Translations under genes and position numbers: made by a program
The notes under the pieces: generated by a model
The model's input: the letters and a program-made list of their open reading frames with translations, nothing else
Told to the model about the DNA's origin: nothing
Databases searched by the model: none
Source: Candidatus Methylomirabilia bacterium
GTDB lineage: Bacteria > Methylomirabilota > Methylomirabilia > Rokubacteriales > CSP1-6
DNA: 17,762 nt
Direction of reading: 5' to 3'
NCBI GenBank assembly: GCA_046758965.1
Contig: JBHIBG010000054.1
Span: forward strand, 1-17,762
Part shown: positions 7,980 through 16,302 of the stretch, piece by piece
Position numbering within the stretch: the first letter of the stretch is position 1
How the letters are laid out: every line of letters begins with the position of its first letter

Positions 7980-9806
7980 GTGATGGCAGGCGAGATGAGC
8001 CGGGAGAAGAGCGAAGTCAGGGACGGGATGCGGATCGACTGGGACGTCCCGATCACGATGGACGACGGCCTTGTCCTACGCGCCGACGTGTACCGGCCGA
8101 TCGAGGACGGCACGTACCCGGTGATCCTGACCTACGGCCCCTACGCCAAGGGTCTCGCCTTCCAGGACGGCTATCGGGACCAGTGGGAGCGGATGGCCGC
8201 GCAGCACCCGGACGTGACGGCGGGCTCAACCAACAAGTACCAGAGTTGGGAAGTCGTCGACCCGGAGAAATGGGTGCCCGACGGTTACGCGTGCGTGCGG
8301 GTGGACTCGCGGGGCTGCGGCCGCTCGCCGGGGTACATCGACCACTTTTCGCCTCGGGAGACGAAAGACTTCTACAACTGCATCGAGTGGGCGGGGACCC
8401 GGCCGTGGAGCAACGGTAAGGTGGGCCTGAACGGCATCTCCTACTACGCGATCAACCAGTGGCACGTGGCTTCGCTGCAGCCATCTCACCTGGCGGCGAT
8501 GTGCATCTGGGAAGGCGCCGCTGACTGGTACCGCGACATGACCCACCACGGGGGCATCCTCTGCTCGTTCTGGGACAACTGGTACGACATGCAGGTGAAG
8601 ACCGTGCAGTACGGCCTCGGGGAGCGGGGCCCGCGCAACCGTGTCACCGGCGAGCTCGTCTGCGGCCCGGAGACGCTGTCCACCGAGGAGTTGGCCAAGA
8701 ACCGGTGCGGCCTCGGGAATGAGATCCTCGCCCACCCGCTTGACGACAGCTACCACAGGGCGCGGTCTCCGGTCTGGTCGAAGGTCACCGTCCCCTTCCT
8801 CTCCGCGGCGAACTGGGGCGGCCAGGGGCTTCACCCGCGCGGTAACTTCGAGGGCTTCGTGCGCGCCGCCTCGGAGCAGAAGTGGCTCGAGGCGCACGGG
8901 ATCGAGCACTGGACGCATTTCTACACCGACTACGGGGTGAAGCTCCAGAAGCGCTTCTTCGACCACTTCCTGAAAGGGCTCGACAACGGCTGGCAGGACC
9001 AGCCGCGCGTTCAGCTCCAGGTCCGCAGGCTCGACGGCTTTGTTGAGCGCATGGAGAAGGAGTGGCCGATCGCCCGAACCCGGTGGACCCGGCTCTATCT
9101 CAACCCTGCTGGCTTCAGCCTGAGCCGGGAGCCGGTCGCCACTGAGGGAAGCACCGAGTACGATGCCCTCGGCGAAGGCATCACCTTCATCTCGCCCCCG
9201 CTCGAGGAGGAGGCGGAGATCACCGGACCCTCTGCCGCTAAGTTATTCGTGTCGACGACGACGACGGACGCTGACATCTTTGTCGTGCTGCGCATCTTCG
9301 CTCCCGACGGGGAGGAGGTGGTCTTCCAGGGGGCGCTCGATCCCCACACCCCGATCGGCCAGGGCTGGCTGCGGGCATCGCATCGCAAGGTCAACCTTGA
9401 GCTCAGCACCGAGTATCGCCCCTACCACACCCACGACGAGCTGCAGCCGCTCACTCCGGGGGAGATCGTCGAGCTCGACGTGGAGATCTGGCCGACCTCC
9501 ATCGTGGTGCCGACTGGCTACCGGATTGGCCTGACCGTGCGCGGCAAGGACTACGAGTACGCTGGCGCGAGCGGCGGGGGGCTTGCGACCATGAAGAACG
9601 AGTTCAAGGGTTGCGGGCCGTTCCTACACGACGATCCGCGCGACCGCCGGCCGGACATCTTCGGCGGTAAGACCACGATCCACGTCGGTCCTGACCTGGC
9701 TGCGTACGTACTCATCCCGATCATTGCGCCGAAGCGCGGTCGCCCTCAGCCGTCTCCGGCAGGGAGTGGGTTGGCCATCGCCAGTGGGAGGAAAGGGGTG
9801 AGCTGA
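7980..9806 (+). CDS. CocE/NonD family serine hydrolase (peptidase S15-like); no signal peptide seen
   Basis: ITMDDGLVLRADVYRP, PYAK, VDSRGCGRSPG, PWSNGKVGLNGISYYA nucleophile elbow, and a C-terminal jelly-roll (EITGP, GWLRASHR, VEIWPTS). Start could be 7980, 7983 or 7995. Confidence 0.93.
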   Translation: MMAGEMSREKSEVRDGMRIDWDVPITMDDGLVLRADVYRPIEDGTYPVILTYGPYAKGLAFQDGYRDQWERMAAQHPDVTAGSTNKYQSWEVVDPEKWVPDGYACVRVDSRGCGRSPGYIDHFSPRETKDFYNCIEWAGTRPWSNGKVGLNGISYYAINQWHVASLQPSHLAAMCIWEGAADWYRDMTHHGGILCSFWDNWYDMQVKTVQYGLGERGPRNRVTGELVCGPETLSTEELAKNRCGLGNEILAHPLDDSYHRARSPVWSKVTVPFLSAANWGGQGLHPRGNFEGFVRAASEQKWLEAHGIEHWTHFYTDYGVKLQKRFFDHFLKGLDNGWQDQPRVQLQVRRLDGFVERMEKEWPIARTRWTRLYLNPAGFSLSREPVATEGSTEYDALGEGITFISPPLEEEAEITGPSAAKLFVSTTTTDADIFVVLRIFAPDGEEVVFQGALDPHTPIGQGWLRASHRKVNLELSTEYRPYHTHDELQPLTPGEIVELDVEIWPTSIVVPTGYRIGLTVRGKDYEYAGASGGGLATMKNEFKGCGPFLHDDPRDRRPDIFGGKTTIHVGPDLAAYVLIPIIAPKRGRPQPSPAGSGLAIASGRKGVS

Positions 9807-9815
9807 GACTCCGCC

Positions 9816-10523
9816 TCAGCCTATGCCGAGATGAGTTTTCTTCACCTCTTCGTTTGCCCAGAGCTCCTGCGGAGAGGCGTCGTACACCAGCACGCCCTTC
9901 GCGATGACGCTTACGCGGTCCACCACCTTGAGGGCGAAGGGGGCGTTCTGCTCGACGAGGAGGATGGAAAGGCCTTCTCCCTTGAGGGTGCGGATCGCCT
10001 CTCCAAGGCTCTGGATGATGAGCGGGGCGAGCCCTTCGGAGGGCTCGTCGAGGGTGAGGCAATCGGGGTTGGTCATCAGCGCCCGGCCGATGGCGAGCAT
10101 CTGCTGTTCGCCCCCAGAGAGAGAGCCGGCGCGCTGGTTCGCGCGCTCCCCCAGTTGCGGAAACAATTCATACACGGTGTCGTGGGTCCAGCGGCTGCTT
10201 TGGTGGGTTTGATGCGCGACGAGGAGGTTCTCGCGGACGGAGAGCGTGGGGAAGACGCGCCGTCCCTGGGGGCAGAGCCCGATCCCGGCCGTTGAGATCT
10301 CATAGCTGGGCGTGTGGGTGATCTCCTTGCCGCGGAAGAAGATCTGGCCCCTCCGAGGGGGGACGAACCCCATGATCGAGTTGATGAGGGTGGTCTTGCC
10401 CATCCCGTTTCTGCCGAGGATGCCGAGCGCCTCCCCCTCACGCACCTCCAGGCTGATGCCCTGGAGGATGTAGGAATCCCCGTAGTAGGTGTGGATGTCC
10501 TGAACGGACAGCAGAGACGCCAC
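9816..10523 (-). CDS. Liv/HAAT-type ABC transporter ATP-binding protein (LivF-like)
   Basis: Walker A GRNGMGKTT, signature LSGGEQQMLAIGRAL, LDEPSEGLAP, LLVEQN. Confidence 0.95.
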   Translation of the reverse strand: MASLLSVQDIHTYYGDSYILQGISLEVREGEALGILGRNGMGKTTLINSIMGFVPPRRGQIFFRGKEITHTPSYEISTAGIGLCPQGRRVFPTLSVRENLLVAHQTHQSSRWTHDTVYELFPQLGERANQRAGSLSGGEQQMLAIGRALMTNPDCLTLDEPSEGLAPLIIQSLGEAIRTLKGEGLSILLVEQNAPFALKVVDRVSVIAKGVLVYDASPQELWANEEVKKTHLGIG

Positions 10524-10527
10524 GATC

Positions 10528-11280
10528 TCAAGCCTTCCCCAAATAAATTTCCTGGACCCTCGGGTCCTTTCGAATCGTCTCGCTCGGCCCTTCGGTGAGG
10601 AGTTCCCCGTAATACAGCACCGAGATGTGGGAGACCACGCCGAACAACACGTCGAGGTCGTGCTCGATGATCAGAATGGCGATGTTCGGGTCGAGCGAGT
10701 TGAGGAATTGCGCCATCTCCTGTGACTCGCCCGTGGCCAGCCCCGCCGAGGGCTCATCCAGGAGGAGCACCTTTGGGTCGCTCGAGAGGGCGAGGACGAT
10801 CTCGAGCTGGCGCTGCTCGCCGTGGGAGAGGTTGCGGACCTGCTGGTTCCGCAGGTGCCAGAAGCCCGCCTGGGTGAGGAGGTTCTCCGCCTTGTCGAAG
10901 ACCTCCTCGTAGCGCGAGAGAGGCCTGAACATCACCATCTTCATCTGGCGCAGGCCCTGCACGGCAAGCAGGACGTTGTCCAGGGCGCTCAGGCGCGGGA
11001 AGAGGCTGGTGATCTGGAAGGTCCGGGCCATGCCGAGCGCCACGCGGCGGTGAACGGCCCAGCCGGTGACGTTTTCCCCGAAGAGCCGGATCTCGCCCGA
11101 GGTGACCGGGAGGACCCCGCTGATCAGGTTAAACAGGGTGGTCTTCCCCGCCCCGTTCGGCCCGAGAATCCCCTTGCGCTCGCCTGGGCCGAGGCTGAGA
11201 TTCACCCCTTCGACGGCGTGCAGGCCGCCGAAATGCTTCGAGACATTCCGCAGTTCAAGCCAGCGTTCCGCTTCGGCCAA
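10528..11280 (-). CDS. Liv/HAAT-type ABC transporter ATP-binding protein (LivG-like)
   Basis: KHFGGLHAV, GPNGAGKTTLFNLISG, RTFQ, LSHGEQRQLEI, LLLDEPSAG, IIEHD, DPRVQEIYLG. TTG start. Confidence 0.95.
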   Translation of the reverse strand: MAEAERWLELRNVSKHFGGLHAVEGVNLSLGPGERKGILGPNGAGKTTLFNLISGVLPVTSGEIRLFGENVTGWAVHRRVALGMARTFQITSLFPRLSALDNVLLAVQGLRQMKMVMFRPLSRYEEVFDKAENLLTQAGFWHLRNQQVRNLSHGEQRQLEIVLALSSDPKVLLLDEPSAGLATGESQEMAQFLNSLDPNIAILIIEHDLDVLFGVVSHISVLYYGELLTEGPSETIRKDPRVQEIYLGKA

Positions 11281-11314
11281 AGCGCGATGCTCCCCACCGG
11301 GCGCGAACGGTGAA

Positions 11315-11343
11315 CCGCCACCCGGGTTCCCCCCGGGTGGCGG
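11315..11343. repeat. Perfect 12-bp GC-rich inverted repeat between the SBP and LivG-like genes
   Basis: CCGCCACCCGGG-ttccc-CCCGGGTGGCGG, with no long T tract on the coding (minus) side. Confidence 0.8.
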
Positions 11344-11359
11344 CAGGTGAACAGCGCCC

Positions 11360-12616
11360 CTACGGGCAGAACTTGCAGGGCGGGAAATTCTTGCTGTAGA
11401 CGGGCTGCTCCAGGAATTCTTCCGGCTTCCACGTCCAGAACTGGCTCACCTCCGGGTAGGTCTTGACGACGACGTTCCAGAGCGAGTCGGACTTCACCCC
11501 GAGGCCGAGGCGGTCGCCGGGAACGCGAGCGACCTTGCGGATGTAGCTGTTCTGGACGACGTTCCCGTACCTGTCGATGTAGAGCGGCCCGCGGATGGCG
11601 TCGATCCGGATCGACTTCATGGCACCGAGGAACTTCAGAGGATCGCTCGTGTCCCAGTTGATCTTCTCGTAGGCCAGGTGGATCCACTGGGCCATGGTGT
11701 AGTCCGACTCCGAGTAGTAAGAGGCCATCTTCCCGTAGCGCTGCTGGTACTCCTTCACGAAGGCCTTGTTCTTCTCGGTCGTGAGGGCCGCGCTGTATTG
11801 GGCGGCCGTCACGTAGCCGATGGCCTCATCGCCCATGCTGGGGAGGATGAACTCGTCCGCGCTCGTCACTCCGCCCAGTATGGGCATCTTGAAGCCGGCG
11901 GCGCGGAACTGCTTCGGGAAGGCCAGCGAACTGGGCCCCACCATGAGGGTGAAGATGGCGTCGGCGTCCCTCGGGATCTGGGGGAGGTACGGGCCGAAGT
12001 CCTTCGTGCCAATCTTGGGCCAGAGCTTTCTGATGACCTTGCCGCCCCGCGCCTCGAAGGCCCTCTGGAAGCCGCCGACCGTCTCGTAGCCGAAGGCGTA
12101 ATCCATGCCGATGGTCACGACCCGGCGGTAACCCTGGTCGTAGGCCCACTCGCCGAGCGGGTGGCTGTTCTGACTGCTGGTGAATCCGACGCGGACGAAG
12201 TACTTCGGTCGTTTGCGCTGCGTGAGGTCGTCCGCGGCGGGCACCGGTGAGATATAGGGCACCTTGAAGCGGTCAGCCACCGGCGCGAGCGCGTAGCCCG
12301 TGCTCGCCAGGAGGCCGCCCACGAGCAAGTGCACCTTGTCCCGCTGAATGAGCTTCTTCGCCTTGCTGACGTTGACGGCGGGCTTGCCCGTGGAGTCCTC
12401 GAGGATGAACTTCACCTTGAGGGGACCCATCTTGTAGTTGTTCTGCTCCAGGTACATCTTGAAGCCGTTGCTCATGTCCTTTCCGATCTGAGCGAAGATG
12501 CCGGTCATCGGCGCGACCATGCCGATGCGGACTTCCTTCTGCGCTTCGGCGGACCCCCCGGCTGCGGAGAGGGTCAGGGCGATCCCCGCGACCAATGCGA
12601 AACATTTCCGTTTCAT
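11360..12616 (-). CDS. ABC transporter periplasmic substrate-binding protein (type I PBP, LivJ/K-like superfamily), about 418 aa
   Basis: Signal peptide MKRKCFALVAGIALTLSAAGGSAEA, VRIGMVAPMTG, ILEDSTGKP, DYAFGYETVGGF, GTKDFGPYL. ATG 12616 follows GGAGGAG. Confidence 0.93.
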   Translation of the reverse strand: MKRKCFALVAGIALTLSAAGGSAEAQKEVRIGMVAPMTGIFAQIGKDMSNGFKMYLEQNNYKMGPLKVKFILEDSTGKPAVNVSKAKKLIQRDKVHLLVGGLLASTGYALAPVADRFKVPYISPVPAADDLTQRKRPKYFVRVGFTSSQNSHPLGEWAYDQGYRRVVTIGMDYAFGYETVGGFQRAFEARGGKVIRKLWPKIGTKDFGPYLPQIPRDADAIFTLMVGPSSLAFPKQFRAAGFKMPILGGVTSADEFILPSMGDEAIGYVTAAQYSAALTTEKNKAFVKEYQQRYGKMASYYSESDYTMAQWIHLAYEKINWDTSDPLKFLGAMKSIRIDAIRGPLYIDRYGNVVQNSYIRKVARVPGDRLGLGVKSDSLWNVVVKTYPEVSQFWTWKPEEFLEQPVYSKNFPPCKFCP

Positions 12617-12670
12617 CTGAACTCCTCCCTTCTTATCCATAGAGAAAGAGGACGTGGGTGACGCGGCTCG

Positions 12671-13696
12671 CTATTCCCCCACTTTCCCCGTCCCGGCGGT
12701 GGCTTCCCGGAATTTTCCGAAGATCCCTAGAATTCCCTCCACGCCGTAGAGGCGCCCGAGCATGACGGTGAGGATAAAGATCGCCCCGAGAATGAGCGGC
12801 CATCGCTCGATGACCGTGCTCACCTCCTGCTGCAGATAGCGGATGATGGCCGCGCCGATCACCGGGCCGATCAGCGTGGCCGGGCCGCCAAGGACGACCA
12901 TGAACAGCGCTTCTGCCGAGGTGAGAAGTTCAATGTCCGGCGGGCTCACGAACAGATTGAACAGCGCCCACATGATGCCGGCGACGCCGCTGAAAGTGCC
13001 CGCGATGACGAAAGCCAAGTACTTATGCAGCCAGATGTTGTAGCCGAGCATTTGCATGCGCTGCTCGCGTTCGCGGATGCCCACCAGGGTCCGGCCGAAG
13101 GGGCTCCGCACGAGAAGGTACAGGAGCCCGAGGCACGCGAGAAATACTCCCAGCGTGAAATAGAAAAATGGCAGCGCTTCATCGAGAGAAAGGGCGAACA
13201 GGCTTGGGCGTCCGGGGACGTTGATCCCGTTGTCCCCTTCCGTCACGGCGCTCCAGCGGTAGGCCAGTCCCCAAACCACCATGGCGAGGGAGAGGGTGAT
13301 CATCAGGAAGTATACGCCTGTCGCGCGGATGGCCAGAAGGCCGAAGAACGCCGAGAAGGCAAGGGCCACGAAAATGCCGAAAATGAATAGCACCACGATT
13401 CCCAGGCCATTGGCATCGGCCCAGGTGTATATCCGGTAGGTCCAAGGCCAGTCTTGCCTGGTCATGACGATGGCCGTCGCGTAGGCTGATACGCCGAAGT
13501 AGGCGGCGTGGCCGAGCGAGGGGAGGCCGGTGTAACCGAGGATGATGTCCAGGCTCATCGCCAGGATTCCGAAGACGAGAATCTCGGTGACGAGGGTCTG
13601 ACGAAACAGGTCGAGGAAGGGCGTCACGATCCCCAAGGCAGCGAAGGCCGCCAGCGTGAATCCAATTCGTTTGACTTCCGAGGAGGCCGCTGGCAA
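12671..13696 (-). CDS. Liv/HAAT-type ABC transporter permease (LivM-like)
   Basis: MSLDIILGYTGLPSLGHAAYFG, GVYFLMITL, SPFGRTLVGIRE, MVVLGG..TLIGP; hydrophobic throughout. TTG start uncertain. Confidence 0.93.
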   Translation of the reverse strand: MPAASSEVKRIGFTLAAFAALGIVTPFLDLFRQTLVTEILVFGILAMSLDIILGYTGLPSLGHAAYFGVSAYATAIVMTRQDWPWTYRIYTWADANGLGIVVLFIFGIFVALAFSAFFGLLAIRATGVYFLMITLSLAMVVWGLAYRWSAVTEGDNGINVPGRPSLFALSLDEALPFFYFTLGVFLACLGLLYLLVRSPFGRTLVGIREREQRMQMLGYNIWLHKYLAFVIAGTFSGVAGIMWALFNLFVSPPDIELLTSAEALFMVVLGGPATLIGPVIGAAIIRYLQQEVSTVIERWPLILGAIFILTVMLGRLYGVEGILGIFGKFREATAGTGKVGE

Positions 13697-13699
13697 ACC

Positions 13700-14797
13700 T
13701 CAACCCCTTCCGAATAGACCCGTTGGCTTGATTGCCAAGATGATCGCCATGGGCGCGAAGAGCGCAAAATAGTTGAGCTCCGGAAAGAGCGCGGTTCCGA
13801 AGTTCTCCATGAACCCCACCACGATGCTTCCCACGACGGCGCCGATGAGGCTGCCCAGGCCGCCGATGATGACCACGGCGAAGGCATAGGGGAGCACCTC
13901 GAAGTCGAGTCCCGGGTAGACGCCGAAGAACGCTCCTCCGACGACCCCGCCTATCGCCGCGAGGAAGGCGCCGAGGGCGAAGATGCTCATCGAGACGATG
14001 TTGGTGTTGATGCCGATTCCGCGCGCCATCTCGGGGTCGTCCACCGTGGCGCGCATGACGGCCCCGATGCGCGTGCGCTCGATGGCGAGAAGCAACACGA
14101 CAGCCACGATGACCGCCACGACGACCATGAATGCCCGGTACCGGGAGAAAAAGAGCCCCCCGATCACCGTGCTCTGGTTGAGGGGCCAAGGCTCTTTGAA
14201 TATGTAGTTGTCCCCGCCCCAGGTGTAGAGCGAGCCGTCTTGCAGAATGAAGGCGAAGCCGATGGTCACAAGCACTTGGGCAAGCGGGTCCTGCCCCAGC
14301 CGGCGCAGGAAGAAGCGCTCGATGAACATCCCCCCCAGCGCCATCAGCGCCACAGCGACGACGATCGCCGCAGCCAGCGCCAGCAGGTTGGCCTGCTCCA
14401 CCGGCTTGACCGCAACCTTGGGGAAGAATAGCTCGAAGAAGTTGTAACCCCACCCCAGGCTCGTGAGGGTCTCGATGACGATGTAGGCCCCGAGCAAGAT
14501 GAGCGCGGCCTTGCCCTCATCGGTGATACGCGAGAGGCCCTTCCAGGCGAAAAACAGGAAGGCCCACGCCGCGAGCTGCCCGAGGCGCGGCCACAGGGAG
14601 AGCGTCCCGAAGATGATGTTGTAGAACTCTAGCGCGAGATAGCCGGCGAAGAGGAAGAAGGCGGCGTGGGCGAGATTGACGATCCGCATCACCCCGAAGA
14701 TCAGCGAGAGGCCGCTCGCCAGGAGAAAAAGGAGAGCTGCGTAGGAGAAGCTGCTGTAGGTGAGCTCGACGATGTTGCTGAGGGTGAGCGTCGTCAT
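13700..14797 (-). CDS. Liv/HAAT-type ABC transporter permease (LivH-like), unusually long
   Basis: ASGLSLIFGVMRIVNLAH, RTRIGAVMRA..DD.EMA..GIN, FAVVIIGGLGSLIGA, KPTGLFG. 365 aa. Confidence 0.93.
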   Translation of the reverse strand: MTTLTLSNIVELTYSSFSYAALLFLLASGLSLIFGVMRIVNLAHAAFFLFAGYLALEFYNIIFGTLSLWPRLGQLAAWAFLFFAWKGLSRITDEGKAALILLGAYIVIETLTSLGWGYNFFELFFPKVAVKPVEQANLLALAAAIVVAVALMALGGMFIERFFLRRLGQDPLAQVLVTIGFAFILQDGSLYTWGGDNYIFKEPWPLNQSTVIGGLFFSRYRAFMVVVAVIVAVVLLLAIERTRIGAVMRATVDDPEMARGIGINTNIVSMSIFALGAFLAAIGGVVGGAFFGVYPGLDFEVLPYAFAVVIIGGLGSLIGAVVGSIVVGFMENFGTALFPELNYFALFAPMAIILAIKPTGLFGRG

Positions 14798-14846
14798 CCT
14801 ACCTGAGCCTCATTCGTATGCAGTTGGCCAGGAGGTTCCCCCCCCG

Positions 14847-16301
14847 TCAGGGGAGCACATACCGGGATTTCGCGGACCCCAACTCCTGAGCACAAAAGTT
14901 GCCCCTCCAGTTGATTTCCCTGGGCGACGCCGCACCGGGATGTTGAGTTTTCTCACGTTCCCGGCTCCCAGTCAAGAGCATAGGAGGTCGCTCATCCGGG
15001 ATCCAGTAGACCACTCCTTCGTTGCCGTCCACGAGAACCAAGGAGCCGTCGGGGATGCGCCGCGTTGCGCCCCGAGCGCCCAGCACGGCCGGGATCCCTC
15101 GCTCGCGTGCCAGAGCCGCCAGATGAGAGGTGCTGCCGCCCAGCTCTGCCACCACCCCAGCCACGAGAGGTAGGACCGCTGCAAGCGCCGGTCCCGGCAC
15201 CCGCGTCACCAGTACTTCGCCCATCCCCACGCGGGCCAGCTCGGCCTCGCTCCTGACCACGCGCGCCAGGCCAGCGGCCGAGCCCGACCCGGCCGGCTGG
15301 CCCGTCAGTGCGAGCTCCCCGAGCCAGAGCCGGTTCCCGGGACGGCGAGGTTCGACGACCAGCGGCCGCGCCTGGAGGATCCAGAACCCTTCGTCGTCAA
15401 GCGCCCACTCGATCTCGACCGCCGAGCCCAGCAGCGCCTCGGCCGCCAGCGCCAGACGCGCGAGCGCCACTGCCTCAGCCTCGCTCAGGCAGGAGGCGGT
15501 AACCAGGTCGGATGTCACGGCCTGCCAGCGCAGATCACCCCCCGCCGAGCAGCTCAACAGGTGGGTTTTGGAGCCCGGTTCCACGCCCTCGAGCACCGGG
15601 CCTTCACGCCGCAACAGGTAACGATCGGGAACGAGCGCGCCCTGAGCCACAGCCGGGCCCAGGCCCCACGCGGCGGTCACCAGAAGGTGGCCGTCAGAGG
15701 TTCTGCTGAGGACACCGCCGGCCATCCGCGCCAGCACCAGCCGCTGCACCAATACGGCCATCGCCGTTCGCGCCGGGTCCGCGCCGCGCGCCTTCGCGTA
15801 TCGCATCGCGCGGGACGACCAGAGCGAGGCCCAGCAGGCACGCACGGCGCTCACCAGCTCGGCCTCGTTGGCCACGGCGAGGATCGTTTCAAGTTGCCCG
15901 GCGAAGGACGCGACCGACGTGTCTTCGCACAGCGCTGAGGAGCGCACGGCGACGAGAGGGCCCAGTTCCGCGGAGAGCCGCTGGTAGGCCACGCGGATCC
16001 CCGCTTCAAGGCCTGCGGAGAGGGGAGCTTGGTGCAGCCCCAGACGAACCTCCAGGGCTAGACGGCCTGCCTCCGGCTGGGCCGCCTGGGCTACGCGTCC
16101 TGTGGCCTGCGCCAGGCCCGCGGCGGAGAGCTGGGCCCGATAGACGTCCGCCGCCACGCAGAACCCGTCAGGGACCGGGAGCCCCGCCCGGCGGAGCCTC
16201 GCAAGCGTTGCTGCCTTGGGTCCCGCGCGCTCGGCGGTCACCGCCTCAGCATCGGCCACCGGGAGCACCGGGTCCGGCACGGGGAGACAATAGCCGGTCA
16301 T
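14847..16301 (-). CDS. PEP-synthase/PPDK-like protein with ATP-grasp (PPDK_N) and phospho-His swivel domains only, about 484 aa
   Basis: GPKAATL, LPVPDGF, VAVRSSALCED...SFAGQLET, MAVLVQRLV, EIEWA...ILQARP, then GGSTSHLAALARERGIPAV (His393) and VLVDGNEGVV. Real start is probably ATG 16301, 1 nt after the M24 stop; the ORF-track extension to 16523 overlaps the M24 gene. Confidence 0.88.
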   Translation of the reverse strand: MTGYCLPVPDPVLPVADAEAVTAERAGPKAATLARLRRAGLPVPDGFCVAADVYRAQLSAAGLAQATGRVAQAAQPEAGRLALEVRLGLHQAPLSAGLEAGIRVAYQRLSAELGPLVAVRSSALCEDTSVASFAGQLETILAVANEAELVSAVRACWASLWSSRAMRYAKARGADPARTAMAVLVQRLVLARMAGGVLSRTSDGHLLVTAAWGLGPAVAQGALVPDRYLLRREGPVLEGVEPGSKTHLLSCSAGGDLRWQAVTSDLVTASCLSEAEAVALARLALAAEALLGSAVEIEWALDDEGFWILQARPLVVEPRRPGNRLWLGELALTGQPAGSGSAAGLARVVRSEAELARVGMGEVLVTRVPGPALAAVLPLVAGVVAELGGSTSHLAALARERGIPAVLGARGATRRIPDGSLVLVDGNEGVVYWIPDERPPMLLTGSREREKTQHPGAASPREINWRGNFCAQELGSAKSRYVLP

Positions 16302-16302
16302 C

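Noticed and set aside
9786..9820. SD-like GGGAGG plus GTG at the cocE 3' end, and a GCTGAG/CTCAGC inverted repeat spanning the convergent stops
   Set aside because: The GTG is followed by a stop two codons later, and the 6-bp stem largely reflects the two stop codons. Too weak to call a gene remnant or terminator.
14847..16301. Calling the gene ppsA, ppdK or rifampin phosphotransferase rph
   Set aside because: Too short, with neither the pyruvate-binding barrel nor the central rifampin-binding domain.
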